Below are positions 12,895-31,800 of a DNA stretch of 64,000 nt, piece after piece. Every line of letters starts with the position of its first letter. Position 1 is the stretch's first letter. The DNA comes from Paragordius varius (Eukaryota > Animalia > Nematomorpha). Both the position numbers and the translations under genes were made by a program. Location of the stretch: contig OZ176053.1 in NCBI GenBank assembly GCA_964247055.1, forward strand, positions 12,152,001 through 12,216,000, in the 5' to 3' direction. The notes below the pieces were generated by a model. That model saw only the letters and a list, made by a program, of their open reading frames with translations. It was not told the DNA's origin and searched no databases.

Positions 12895-13364
12895 TAAATA
12901 TAAAATCTATCAGATATCTTTTATGCATGTTAGTGTGTGTATCATGATAGATTTTATAGGATTTTCATGGTGGTTGAATTAACACTTCAATACAATGGAT
13001 TCATTTTAGTTCTTCGATTCAAATACCATGTCTTTCAAATTATTAAAATATGTTTATAAAAATTTAGTAAAAAAAACTTGATATCACTTATTTTATGGTT
13101 AAACTCAAGGTAAATAACATGTCTGCCTACCTAAATATAATAATGCAAATACTACCATTTCTGATTTTAACAATGTTAGATGTGATTTAAATAAAAAACA
13201 TACCAATTATACTTTAAAATAAAAATAAATTTGTTTTTTTATGATGCCTTTTAGGTCTGAGATGTTTGCCCACCCGAATGGCAAGTTTTATTAAAATTTC
13301 ATGATCTTTTCACCTTTGTCCGTGATGACATAATGGTGTAGTTTTATATCCCAGAGCTCTCTAG

Positions 13365-13812
13365 TAGGGGTGTTCACACTTGGTTTAAGGGGCCGTCGGG
13401 TAAAAAATTTCAGCGGACCGCATTCGCAAAATATGTGGGCATTAACAAATATTTATTAAAATATGTAAAAACTAATTTATTTTTACATTTAACATTCGGA
13501 AATTTCGATTCAGAAAGCTGACAAAATCAATTTTATTTATATTCCGTAAAATTTTTTAATTCATTTTTGGATCAAAACAACCGGTGGAGTGCATTTAGAA
13601 AATAGATATATTAACAAATATTTTAGATTTTAAGTTAAGACTGTAAAAACACTATTTATTATATTTTTCGCTACTTAATTGCCGAAATTCGTCAAGATTT
13701 ATCAGATATTTATTTAAGATAAGAATTTGTTCCTAGATTTCGTAAAATATTGTTTTTAAATTTCTCGCGGACCGCAGAAATATTTTGGAGGACCGCGTGT
13801 TGGCCACCCCTA
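13365..13812. mobile_element. hAT-like MITE
   Basis: TIRs taggggtgttcac / tgttggccaccccta, with subterminal gcggaccgc motifs. Right flank atctagag fits an NTCTAGAN hAT target; left flank matches only partly. Confidence 0.7.
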
Positions 13813-14549
13813 ATCTAGAGTCTAAAATAAAGGCTCGGAAAACCTATTGATCTAAATAGGTTACTTTAAAATAAATTAATATCAAGTTCCGGTCAAATGC
13901 AACTTGAAAGCTTAAAAAAGTTAATAATTTAATTTTTTAACCATAGTATCATCCCTTTGTTTTGGCGATTTTAAATTTAACACCCCATTACATTTTGGGT
14001 TTGTATATCTTAAAATTCCCTTAAGCCATCAAGCGAAATAAATTATGATTTTTTTAGCCTTTTAGGCGCATTATTCAAAAAAATCTTTTTGAAAAATGTA
14101 ACATTATACAAAATTTCAGACTTTTTTGTCTCCAGTTTTTTCTTTTTTTAAATCGACAATGCAAAAAGAAAATATATGCATATCTAGGTTAAAAAATATA
14201 TATAATTAATTTTGCACGCTTTCAAAATTTACCAGCAATTTCAAATATTTATATTTTTTATCAGGTGTTCGCTTCCATGTTTTGGAGATATTTGAATTTA
14301 GGATAGAATTTAATAAAATATTTAAATATTTCGTAAAAAGAACGATCATAAAATGTTAACTTGGGTTTTAAAAACCACCCATAAATGTAATCGCAACAAA
14401 AAATAAATATTAAAGATTATAGAATACAAAGATAAAATTAATCTTAATATTTAGTCTTTCATATCTATAAAAATTCTTTTATAAAATGAAAATTTTTATC
14501 TTGATTAACACTAATAACAGTTTTAAATAAATTGGTAATTGCCTTTTAA

Positions 14550-15122
14550 CACTTCGATTCAAATTGGGGTATCTAAATACCCCAGACTAAATTTAAATTA
14601 TTATTTTTAAAAATTACCGGTAGAAACGGTCCAATTTAAATTTATGCTTCTATCCTAATGAAAATTATATAAATATGCCAAAATATTTAAATAAAATTTT
14701 GTTTTGAAAAAAAAAGTTCCATGTCAAACTACTTCGACGCCATTTTTATTTTACAAAATTTTTGCAAAAAACGTCTTCATTTAATTTTAAGGGTAAAATT
14801 AAAGCTAATTTTTTATTTAAATTACATCTAACATTGATAGAAGTAGAAAAAGCTGTTTATTTTGTCTTATATTTCAATTTTACCATTGCACGCATGCACG
14901 TCGACTAAATTTTTTCCTTTCAGTTTTAGCTTAAAATAAGTTATATCAAGTATTTTTGATTAAAATTTTATATATTTCGGTTTATAAATGTTATATAAGT
15001 GCGAGATTTTGCCATGGTTTCAAATCCTTCCATATTTTTTAAAGAAATTAATTTTAAACAGTGGGGTATTTAACTACCCAATTTGAATCGAAGGACTAAA
15101 AGGAATGTGTTGTATCCAAGTG
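14550..15122 (+). mobile_element. TTAA-flanked piggyBac-like MITE, copy 1 of tandem dimer
   Basis: ttaa|CACTT...AAGTG|ttaa. Internal inverted repeat cttcgattcaaattggggta / tacccaatttgaatcgaag is offset from one end by a spacer. Confidence 0.75.
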
Positions 15123-15126
15123 TTAA

Positions 15127-15697
15127 CACTTCGATTCAAATTGGGGTATCTAAATACCCCAGACTAAATTTAAACCAAAATTTTTAAAAAACTACTGAAG
15201 GAAACGGTCCCCATTTAAATTTATGCTTCTATCCTGATAATTATATAAATATGCCAAAATATCTTGATAAAATTTTGTTTTGAAAAAAAAGTTCCATCTC
15301 AAACTACTTCGACGCCATTTTTTTTTACAAAATTTTTGCAAAATATCGTCTTCATTTAATTTTAAGGGCAAAACTAAAGCAATTTTTTTATATAAATTAC
15401 ATCTAATATTGATAGAAATAAAAATAGCGGTTTATTTTGTATTATTTTTTATACAATTTGACACATGTCACGTTGACTAAATTACCTTTCAGTTTTAGCT
15501 CAAAACAAGTAATATCCAGTATTTTTGAATAAAAATTTTTATATATTTCGGTTTATTATTGTTATATAAGTGCAAAATTTTGCCATGGTTTTGATTGCTT
15601 CCATACTTTTTAAAGTATTTTATTTTAAACAGGCCTGGGGTATCAAACTACCCCAATTCGAATCGAAGGACTAAAATGAGTGTGTTGCATCCAAGTG
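15127..15697 (+). mobile_element. TTAA-flanked piggyBac-like MITE, copy 2 of tandem dimer
   Basis: Head-to-tail with copy 1, sharing the single TTAA at 15123-15126. Closed by TTAA at 15698-15701. Confidence 0.75.
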
Positions 15698-15870
15698 TTA
15701 ATAAACCCTACCCTTTTCAGCACTATCGCATAAAACCGTTGGCACGTGATTTGGACAAATCAAAAGTGTTGGATCGTACGATATATTGTATGGTGAACAC
15801 AAGTTTTTTTAAACGTATTTATATATATTTTTACGCTACACATTAGAAAATTTTTTTTGTAATCCCTATC

Positions 15871-16542
15871 ATGCCAAGCTTATCCTCATCTCACACTAAC
15901 TATTTGGACGATATTGGAAGCAGTATACATATGCTAGTTAATCAAAAGTCTTTGACGCACTCAGATATGTTGAACAATAATTGTTTAATCGACGCCACTT
16001 CCAAATTCGTCGATGCCGTAGCTTGCATGAAAGAATCCATAATGTTACCTAGTAGACTAAATGATATTCCTAATATTATGGATAATGGCCTTTTGCTCAA
16101 TCAACAAGATTTGCATAAAATTTCCACAACAGAGACTCATCAAAACGGATACTCAAACGGTTTTAGCGACTCTACCGCTCGTTCACCACCATCTTTATAT
16201 AGTCAATTTCTGTTGATTGATAATGTATGTAAAGAACTTAATATATCTTGTGCAATACCAGAGGAGAATGAAACCGATAAAGATGAAACAATCTTAGAAA
16301 CTCAATACAGGGAAGATAACAGTTATGTGCAAGCAAATTTATCCATCTTTCGATCACAGTTAAAAGCTTTGATGGAAACGATGGATAAATTAACTAATTC
16401 GGCCTATTTTCTTGCTCAAAAATATCAAGAGAACACTGGCGATCAAATTGAACCCTCTAGCAATAATCTAATATCGTGTAATAATAATAATAAGGCTTCC
16501 CTCATGAAAAGACGCCGTGGTAGCCTTAGACCATTATTCTAA
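15871..16542 (+). CDS. MID1IP1: Spot14/MID1-interacting protein 1 family protein, intronless CDS, 223 aa
   Basis: LIDATSKFVDAVACMKESIMLPSRLNDIP, LYSQFLLIDNV and FRSQLKALMETMDKLTNSAYFLAQKYQE match the three conserved Spot14 blocks (recognised from memory of the family). Confidence 0.85.
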   Translation: MPSLSSSHTNYLDDIGSSIHMLVNQKSLTHSDMLNNNCLIDATSKFVDAVACMKESIMLPSRLNDIPNIMDNGLLLNQQDLHKISTTETHQNGYSNGFSDSTARSPPSLYSQFLLIDNVCKELNISCAIPEENETDKDETILETQYREDNSYVQANLSIFRSQLKALMETMDKLTNSAYFLAQKYQENTGDQIEPSSNNLISCNNNNKASLMKRRRGSLRPLF

Positions 16543-16937
16543 TATAATATCAATGTAATGTGTTGAGTTTTCTAAATTTTAGACTTATAGTTTTTTGATA
16601 TGTTTTTGTGTTCATACCACACTATTTTTATGGTATTTATATATAGATTTTATGATATATACAAATATATAATTAGAAAATAAATTTTTTGGATGCAATT
16701 ATTGTTGTTTTTTGTAGTATTGGAAAAATAAATTTATTCTTTACATTGCGTTCGTGTATATATTAATGATGATTAACTATGTAAAACAAAAAATTATTCA
16801 ATATAAATTATTATTATCTATATACAACAGGTACAAGAGGTAGAATGTAGGGAGGAATTCGTATTTTATGAAAATTCTAAAATTGATATAATCAATAAAA
16901 TTTAAAATTATTTATAATAATTCGTTTTCTACAATAA

Positions 16938-19582
16938 TCATTTTTGTGAGGGGACACACGCTTCCAAGTAGCGACATTGTTCATCTGATAATCCGATATC
17001 GAGTATGCGTACTTTTTCAGCCTCACTGATGTGGCCTAATTAAATGAAAAAAAGGTTACAAAAATCCAGGAAAAAATATGCCAAAAATTTTACAAATCTC
17101 CAATAATATACCATTTACAATTCAAATTCACCCTTAAACAATTCAAATTCACCTTCGAACAATTCAAATCCCCCTCAACATAATGTTTTTTACGATCAAA
17201 ATTATATATTATACTAATTTTAAAAGAAATTTTGTTTTAAATTAATATAATACTGAAAAAATAATAAACTATGCCATAAGAATACATTTTATATTAATGA
17301 TTAGTAGCCCAAAAACAACTTATTTTTAGGGTTCATTTGAACGGTAAATGGTATATTATAGTATTTCAGATAATTTTTTAAGTGTTAATTAGTACTATAC
17401 TAGGTAAATACTGATTGCTTTACTAAAAGAATCATTAAGTTTGCATATAAAATTAATATAAGGTATAAAATTTGTCTGCAAAAAGATTTTGTGATAATGA
17501 CATTTAATCGTGTAGGATGAGGTTTAGCATAAACAAAAAAAATATTATTATTTCGGCATCAATTCTATATAAAAACTTTATATAAATTCAAAAATACCTC
17601 CAAGGAAGCCATTCAAAACACAAGCCGCATAAGAGTTCTTGATTTCATCATTGCTAAGTGCCAAACTGTGAAGGAAAACTGGATGTTTTCGCAACAAAAA
17701 TTTTTGATGATAACTATGCGGGAAGAAAATATTATTAAAATCACATCGAAAATTATTTAAAAAACAATTGGATTGCAACAATGTTTAGATTCCAAAAATC
17801 AAATTAAATTTTTCCGTCGCCTTCATCAAAATTATCAAATTAAATTAATTTAAACAATCCAAAAATAGACAAATATACATTATACAGGATTTTAATGGTG
17901 AGAAAAACAAAATAAATATACTGATAATCGATAAAAAAAATATAAAAAACTCGCTATACCTGACCTTATTATGAACAATATTGTCTAGAAAATGGAAAAT
18001 AATATGTAAACTTAAGGTTCAGCGACATTGTAAAAATAAAACAATAAACCTAGATGATTATAATATGTATTATTTCTTGGTAAGAAAATTTCGCATGCTG
18101 AGACCTCATCTTAACCTATATCCATATTTATTTTACTGTGACAAAGATTCAAAAACCGTTATTAACTCCAATAATTAAAAATCCAGTAAAAACAGGAGCG
18201 AAAACCTTTCTAACCAAAATATTATAATAGAATCCAAAAAATTAAATCTATTAACCATGACATAAAAAGTAGAAGAAATATACTTTTAAAAATAATCTAT
18301 CGTTCACACTCAAGTTTACATTTCACAGTTGTAATCATAAATAGATAAAACAAATCATAAAATTGGTTTTGTGTTATCAAAAAGAAAGGATAAGTATATC
18401 AGTTCACAAAATTTTATATATTAATAATAAATAATTATATATATATATATATATGTACTCTTCTGCATCGAAAAAAGGACCAGCTTCCCTTATAATTGTT
18501 TGAACAGGTCGACCCTTTTGTGATTCGACTTGCTGTTTACTGGCCTCAGCAGCCTTCATTTGTTCACTATCGTGGCAGTGGATTACTAAAACGAGTTCAA
18601 AAGTAATTTTATTAATACACTAATTTAAAAAAATTAACAAGCAAATCCTCAAAAAATGGTTGGGTAAATTTTCAGCGCCTATTTTTGTGGCCAAAACCTT
18701 ATAATTGAGTTAATAGAAATGATTGTAAAAGTATAATTTATCGAATTTTTAATGAGTGTAGTTATTTCTTTTATAGTTGTGACATATATTTAAACGTTTG
18801 TGGTATTATGACTGAATTAATTAGCAGCCATAACGGAACACTTTTAAAACGATATATAAATAATATTTTTTAATTGACTAATGGCTTTTAGCGGAAAGAG
18901 AATGTATAAACTTTGTTAGGTAATATGGAAATTTGACTAAAATTTAAATTAAAATAATTAATTTTCAGTTTATTAAAACATTATATTCACAAGGTAATGA
19001 TTGCGATCGATTTATATAAATATATATATACTTCGACTTTTATACTTGTAAATGATTACAAATAATAACATTTAAAATAATTTGCGGCCATCAAATATAG
19101 TTTAAAAAATAAAATGGAAAAACTAAAATTTAACCCCTATTATTTTCCAGATATAAATAATTAAACTTCTAAAAAGTTGAAAAGGCCATAGATATAAAGA
19201 CAAAAGTTTTAATAATAAATACTTGATATATATTGTTTGTATCCAATTTTTTCAAATGGATCATGGTTACTCCAGAAAACTTGCAATAAATCGGGATAAC
19301 TAACTTTCTCCGGATCATATTGGATTTGAACACTTTCGGTGTAATCTCCGCTAAAGATATTAATATTGCATAATAAAAGATTTTTAATAAATATTTTATA
19401 ATTCAAAAACAAAATATTATGTCTTACATGTCATGATAAGTGGGATGATTTGGAGTTGTTCCTCCGGAATAACCAACTTTAGATTTCATAACTCCTTTGA
19501 TGGATCCAAAAAGTGAATCGGGACCCCAAAAACAACCCATGGAAAAAGTTGCTGGTTTAGTTTTACAAACTGGATCAGGCAT
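16938..19582 (-). CDS. MSRA: Peptide methionine sulfoxide reductase A, 5 exons
   Basis: Spliced product reads MPDPVCKTKPATFSMGCFWGPDSLFG...VGYSGG...PTYHDIGDYTE...LLQVFWSNHDP...QYISIIHCHDSEQ...FFDAEDYHQKFLLRKH...LNGFLGG...LGLSDEQCRYL (last block approximate). GCFWG active site is intact and all junctions are in phase. Confidence 0.93.
17107..17355. mobile_element. Foldback MITE, copy in MSRA intron
   Basis: TIR tataccatttac / gtaaatggtata, with subterminal acaattcaaattcacc tandem units. Homologous copies at 40687 and 60183. Confidence 0.75.
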
Positions 19583-20014
19583 AGGTTTACACTTGGCAAT
19601 CTGTATTATGATTATAATCACTAAATTCTATCAAAGGTAAATGTAATCTTTTTATGAAAATGTAAATTCATTGCAAATTATAAAATTTTAGTTATATACG
19701 CGCAGATCATGTTTGGTACATAAACTATGTAAATTTATTATCAATTATTAATAAAAAATTATAAAGGGGATATTACCGAAAACTCCCCTTTAGGGACATA
19801 AGTTGTTGCACAAGATGCCATTTTTTTCTTGAAATATATGGAGAAATAAAAATTTATAATTTTTCTATTCTATCACAAAATTTTGAAGTGTTTATTGTAT
19901 ATGATGTGGAATAATATAAATATTTTCTGAGGTGAAATTATCGATTTTTGCAAAAATAGTATATGAAATAGCAAAAATATTATATCATATTGTTAACTTT
20001 CTTGTGTTATCCGT
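19583..20014. promoter_or_regulatory. Probable bidirectional promoter between MSRA and NOP2
   Basis: Head-to-head start codons about 430 bp apart. No specific element established. Confidence 0.45.
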
Positions 20015-24858
<4,844 letters not shown>

Positions 24859-25877
24859 ATTTTTTTTTAATTATGTTTTCGATTTTGTGATGATAAAAAA
24901 ATTATTTTAAATTTATTAAACTAGAAGTATTTAATAATTTATTTATTTATTTTTAATTATTTTTAGATTCCCACAAAGATATAGCCAAAGAATGAACAGT
25001 TTTTGTACAAAAAAATACATCCAAATAAATTGTTCTCCTATAATTTTAATATTATTAAATTTATGAATAATTATTGGAAATATATGTGTGTATCGTTGTT
25101 TAGCTAACAAAATAGTTTTTTAACTAAGAGAAAATTTAATTTAACAAACAATCGCTATTAAAAAAATTTTTTTGAAAAAAATAAAAAAGATTACAATAGA
25201 AATATATGCCGATGTTTGTATTGATTTTTCCATTTATTTCTCCATATGGCAATGAGAAATTATTATTAATTCTATCTCCAAAAATAAATTAGGGTTCTTT
25301 GCGTGTTTGTTTACTATAAAAAAGCGATTCTTTACATAAAAACAATTATTGTACAAATACTCTGGACCAAATGATTTATTACAGATATATTTCAAAATAA
25401 TCTTGTCGACTTCGATTTTGTCCTATATAAATTTGATTATAGACCCTATGAGTAGTATTCTTGAGTATTAATTCATATAAATATTTACAAATTAGTCGGC
25501 GAACATAACGAAATTCAACTTTTAAGACATAGTCAATTTTGGATAGGGACGTTGAATTCTTTTTTATAACAGAAGTCCTTTTTGCCTTTTCTCATAAATC
25601 GTGTCTTTTAGTTATCATCTCTTCAATACTTTGTCATGGAGTGATAAATTGATTATAAAATAATACTATTTTTAGGGAAAAGTTTGGCTTATTAACTTTT
25701 TTATTGGATTTCCAGTTATTATTTATCTACAACAGTAACCACCTCTTAAAATAAATTTTTTATTTTGTTACATCGTAAAGTTAATATTTTAATTTGTATG
25801 TTATAACCTGATACTCAATGTCCTTTAAATCTGCCTACTAAAGCATTTTTATAAAAACATTATATGTTAACATCAAA

Positions 25878-28800
25878 ATGTTCTACTTTTTAATTTATCA
25901 TTTGATTTGGATTAGCGCTACAAATGGATTGGGTATGAAATACTTTTTTGTAATCTTTATTATGGTATTAGGATAACTTAAAATCGTGTTTTTAAGAATA
26001 GATAATCTTTCTAACATTATTTTCTTATTATTGCTTAAATCTAGGCTCAAAAGCTGATTTTTCTTGGTTGGTAAAACTTATATTTAATCAATTGATTATA
26101 ATATTTATCGTCACTGTAAACTATAAATTGGATACGTATTGTTAAAAAGGTCATATAAATCGCTTACACAAATTAAAGTATTTTGTAAAACATGCCACAA
26201 GTAGTGTATCTGTCAATTATGGGTTATATTTTATTTTTCTAGGGAGAAACTAAAAAATTAGTGGTTTGTTTTGATTTAACTGAAAATAATCCGAAAACTT
26301 ATCAGCAGTCTCCTCCGTTATAAATTTTTTTGCAAACTAATAAAATTTAGTGGAATATATAATAAAATGAAGCCAATGTATTATTTTAAAATGCGTAATT
26401 GTATTACTTTTGGAAAGAGTAATACATATATTGTCTCAAAAAGCTTTAATATTTGAAAATGAAGCGTTTAAAATGCAAAATATCAGTTAATAATAATAGT
26501 TTTAATGCTAGGCTATTTATCTTTTTTATAAACCCATATGCTTGACTTGTTCGGCACATGAGAAATTAAATATATCCTTTTTCTAAATATATTTTTACTT
26601 TATATTTAAATTTTAGTTTATATTATAATTTTATTTTTTACGTTGGACAAAGATTCCTTGTAGTAATCGAAATATTATAATAAATTTATATAATTTTAGC
26701 TGAATTATAGTTGCATATATAATAATCAATCTAAGACTTAATGCACATTTATAAGGTACAATTTATATATTTAATAAATCATAAAAAAGCATATATTTTA
26801 TTTTTTAGAGGTTAAGAGCTTGTATACATAAACTATTATTACACAAAACTTTATTATATATTATTTAATTTTAAAAATTTAAAAGGCCTTTAATACCAGT
26901 CAAAACAAATGTTTATCACGGGTTCTAAAAGTAAAATCACGCCGAAATCCATATTTATTGTAAAATTTTAAATTTTATCAAATTTTGTTAATATAGTTTC
27001 AAGAATCTATTTAACCGATTGGAGTTACGTAGAAACATCCTAAATATCAAGCCCAAAATTTGATGTTTGTTCTATAGAATATTTATAATTTATTTATTTC
27101 CTTGTAACTATCATCATGATTTTCATTTGTTACATATGAAACCTGTTTGCTATATTTACATGGTTGATAAGTAAAATACAATTTAGTGAATATCGTAAAT
27201 GTGTAGTTTCGGATCAAAAAAAGGGTTGGCTTATTAAAGATCCACCCTAAAGCAAATTTTTGTCTAAATATAATAAAAAAGAAAACTAAATAAATTTAAT
27301 CTAAGATTAAAGGATAATACCTGCTTATTGAACCATTAAATTAATAAATTTCATGAAAAAGTTTTGAGTTGATTGGAAAATGTTAAGTTTGAACGGATAG
27401 TGTTTGGTAAACGTGTAGCGCCGGGTCGAAAAGTCATATTTTGGATATTTCATGTAAAAGAGATATATTGATATATATTTCCTAGTACAGTAAACAGACA
27501 TATTAATGGTTATTTGGGTCTTTTTATTTGTTGATAGAGAAATAAATTTATAACCAAGAATAAATTTTTTATGTGTTGTATATATTTAATACCCATAAAG
27601 CCAATAGTATGGTTGCTCCATACAAAATCCGTTTTTAAACGCACTTTCGTTCATAGTCGTTTTTATGAAATATAAATTTTCAGATTATGGATGCCACTGT
27701 AATTCATCGACAAGTTACAGTTGTTCCGATGATGGGAATTGCATATGTATTCCCGGATATTATGGATATGATTGCTCTTTGAGTATAAATATATTTCATT
27801 TACATTGTAAACATAAATATATCCCCGTAAAAATATATTATTTCCTGATGAAAAGGTTGCAACTGTACAAATAAAACGGTATCTAATTTTTGCAACCGCC
27901 AAGGTTTTTGTCAATGCCTCACGGGATATTATGGAAAACGATGCCAATTTAGTAAGTATCAGTTAATGTAAATTATAAATTGGTCCTTTATTTGAAAAAA
28001 GATTACAAAAGTATTTAACTTCTCTCGAATAATTTACATTTAGTTAATACCGCTAATATTCATTTAAATCTTGATATGTCATTCGATAAAACTTAATAAA
28101 TTTGCTAAATATATTATTATGAGGTGCTCTTTTTTTAATTTAAATTAATATGGTATTTAATTTACCAATTTTCTGATTATTATCATATATTTTATTTTCG
28201 ACTCCATAGAATGTGAGGATTGCATAGCAGAAAATAGTGAAGAGCCAGGCTGTGGCTTAGATGGTTATTGCCACTGTAAATTTGGATTTTGGGGAAAACA
28301 GTGCCAAAACAGTAATTGATCATAAGTTTTCTAAATAAATAATTAATTCTTAAAATGCCTAATTTATTAAATCGTTCAATTTTCAGCATGCAACTGTACT
28401 AATTTACAATCTTTTGGGACGAATTGTTTAAAGGATGGATATTGTGATTGTATTGATGGCTTCTATGGCAAAACTTGCGAGAAAGGTAAACTCATATAAA
28501 CACGATTTAATTTATTGTTTTTAGCCTTAATAACCAAATCAATAAATGTCGCAAATAATTTAAAGAATAAAAGCACTATTTTAGCATAAATAGAGTTAAT
28601 ATTTATCTCAGATAAGTAACCTTTGTTCTGGGGGTTGGAAAAAACCCAATTTGCAATTTCTTAATGCCATATTTGTTTCGATATGTTAACTAAAAATATT
28701 TTACGAACCCAATTTTTATTTACACATTAAGTTTATATTAATACCTATTTGCTCCGTTTTTATATTATTGATTAATTTTTACACAATTGAAAATTTTAAA

Positions 28801-31800
28801 TTCTTATTTTATGCAGCTTGTGACTGTTTCAATTGTTCAAGCTTAAGCCCAAAATGTGATGTTAATGGCGCATGCCAATGCAAACCCAACTATAGGGATA
28901 GACAATGCGCAACACGTTTAATTAATTTTTTTGGGAATTAAAATTTTAAATTTTTTAAATAAAGTTAAACCTATAAACTTTTACAAAAAGTTAAAAATCA
29001 AAATGTTAAAAATTAAATTGAATGTTTGGAATAGCGTGTCATTGTGAGCACTCTAGAGAACCTGGGAAATGCGATGCAAATGGAGTCTGCAAATGTCAAA
29101 ATGGCTACTATGGAGCCCACTGTGATAAATGTAATTAAAATCATAGACATTGTATTAGTTCATAGATACATAGTCTACAAAATTGGGGTAAAAACATCTT
29201 GATAAACTACATATATTCTTATTGGAAAATATATCCGCATCCGTCGTGGCGCTTTTGGTTTTAGGCCTTGCTAATGATATATTATTCTGACATTGTCGAT
29301 TGATAGCAAAAATATTGCTATAAAAGGTGCTCGATAAAATAGAATTTGATTTTGAATTTAAAAAAATAATGTTTTATAATACTGTACAAAACAGGAAAGA
29401 GTGTGGTATTTAGATATTTTACGACAATTATTTTTAAAGAATCTATACCAGAGTTAGTTTTAAATTTTTTGTATGTCATAGTTTCAGCTCATTTTTTGCC
29501 AGACGGTTATCCAAACCGGTTCCATATTTTTGAGAGTTTTGGTGTTTTATTTGCCCAAAAAATGATTCCAATTGTCATATGATAAAATGGTTTTAAGTTT
29601 GATCCGATTTTCATATTTCCAAATATTTTTTCTTTGATATAATGTGAGTAAGTAGCCAAATAAGAATAAACATGTAATTTTATATACCAGAGCGAATTAA
29701 AATTTGTAATCTTAATAAAATAAAATATTAAGCCGGTTTTAATATGCTTTCTTCAGTCGTTTAGGGGTATTATACAATTTTTTTTCAAGTTTAATTTTAA
29801 AAAGATCCTCATCTCAACCTTTTTGGCCGCCATTTTCTAAAATTTTTTAAATCGTTAATGCAAAGGCAAATAAATATATATTATGGTTTGAAAATGTAAA
29901 CAATCAACTTTAAAAAGCATTTTGTTACTTTTACCAGAAAAATTTAATATATTTTGAATTCAATGTCATCTATTTGTTTCAATCGTGTTTTGAAACTTCC
30001 CCATTTTAGACCTTAGTAGTCACATAACTCTGAAAAATGTAAGCCAATCTAATACATGAGAAAAATGTATGACATTAAATTTTAACTAAATAACTTTCAA
30101 AACAGTAGTTTATTAATAAAATTTAGCTCTGGGATATAAACTACCCCAATGTCTCAATTAGGTAAAAAATTGAAAGACCATTAATTTATTATATATTTCA
30201 TAAATCCTGTTTAATAACAAAACTAAAAAATTTTCTATGCAAAAACCAACCAACTCTTTTTATATTTTAATTCAACAACAATTTATTTAAAACTTAAATC
30301 GTTTATTACTGGTAATCTTTGTCGAAAAAATAAATTACAATGTTTTTTTAATAAAAGGTGTTTTCAAATTAATTTTGAATAAAACAAATTTACCTACAAA
30401 TTGCTTAATGTTGATTAATAAATAATTATTTTTTTTTATTAGCTTGTAATTGTGGGGAACACTCAATAGCTCCAATTTGTGATTTTTTTGGTCAATGCAT
30501 TTGCCAAACCGGATTCTATGGGAAGCATTGTGATTTAAGTTACATTTTATTCACTAATCTATGTTATTTATTCACTTATTTGACTTTAATTACTACTTTG
30601 GCGGTTAGGCGAGTTAATGTTTTACATTTAAATTTTAAATGCAAAGTATTAAAAAATATTTATAATACGACTGTCAGTTCAATATACATTTAAAATATAT
30701 TTTCGCAAAGCCCATATATTTCACAATTATTAACCATTAGATCAGGAGTATCCCATACATATGGCTTCGCGGACCGCCTTTCGTTGGGACACATTTGAAA
30801 TAGCATTGATACATATTTTAGATTTTAAACACAAGACTGTAAAATACAATATAAGATTTTTTTAGATCATTGCCAGCTGGATAGATTTTTACAGAGAGAG
30901 TTTGTGTAAAAAATATTACTTTTACTGATTTTGTTAGTAAATTTTTGAAACTTATTGATTTTCAAGATTTTGGGTCGCACATAATGTCCAGAAGACTGCA
31001 TACTGCCCGCGGGCCGCGTATTGAACACACCTGCATTATATTATTTTGTAACTTCTCTTTCGATTGAGAGAAATTCATTCCTTATTTTTATTTTTTAAGA
31101 ATGCCAATGCAAAAACAATTTGTTTGATCATTGCGACAGCTTCGGATATTGCACATGTTTAGGAGGATATTTTGGACCTGATTGTAATTTGAGTAATCAC
31201 TTTATTTAAGTTTTAACGATTATAGTATTTATATTACTTAGCAAATTTTAAAACCTTTTTTTTGTTAAAAAATAATAATTCATCCATTTTATCAATGTCA
31301 TTGGTGTAAAAAATAATAATTACTACTTTGTGGCATCCCTAATTAAAGGATTTTATGGAACACATAATGTGTAATTTTATATAATTACGACTTTTACCCC
31401 AGCCTTTAAAAGGTATTTAAAAACTATTACTTTTTAAAAATATTCCTATTTTTAGCTTTATAGATATTTTTAAATAAAATAACACCAAAATATTATTGAT
31501 TCCGTGTCCAATTAAATTTTTTTTATCAGTATTGTCGTCTTATTAAGGGATATATGTGTGCTTTTTTAAATATACAGCATATGGAAGATGTGGTGAAAAT
31601 TATGTGGAAACAGATCACTTTTTAAAGTTGGGGATTTTACATTCAAACTCTCTTACCAATGCTCATGAATATATCAAATCACCATGGTAGGCTTTATAAT
31701 ATTTTACATAATGTATTTTATTTACGAAACCAAAGATGCTCTCTGAAAAGATAGAAACTTGGATTTTTGAATTCTGACCATTTTTTATTTAACACATTTT

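Noticed and set aside
17981-18178. 65-aa plus-strand ORF inside an MSRA intron
   Set aside because: AT-rich, no recognisable motif or splice support, and its length is within chance expectation.
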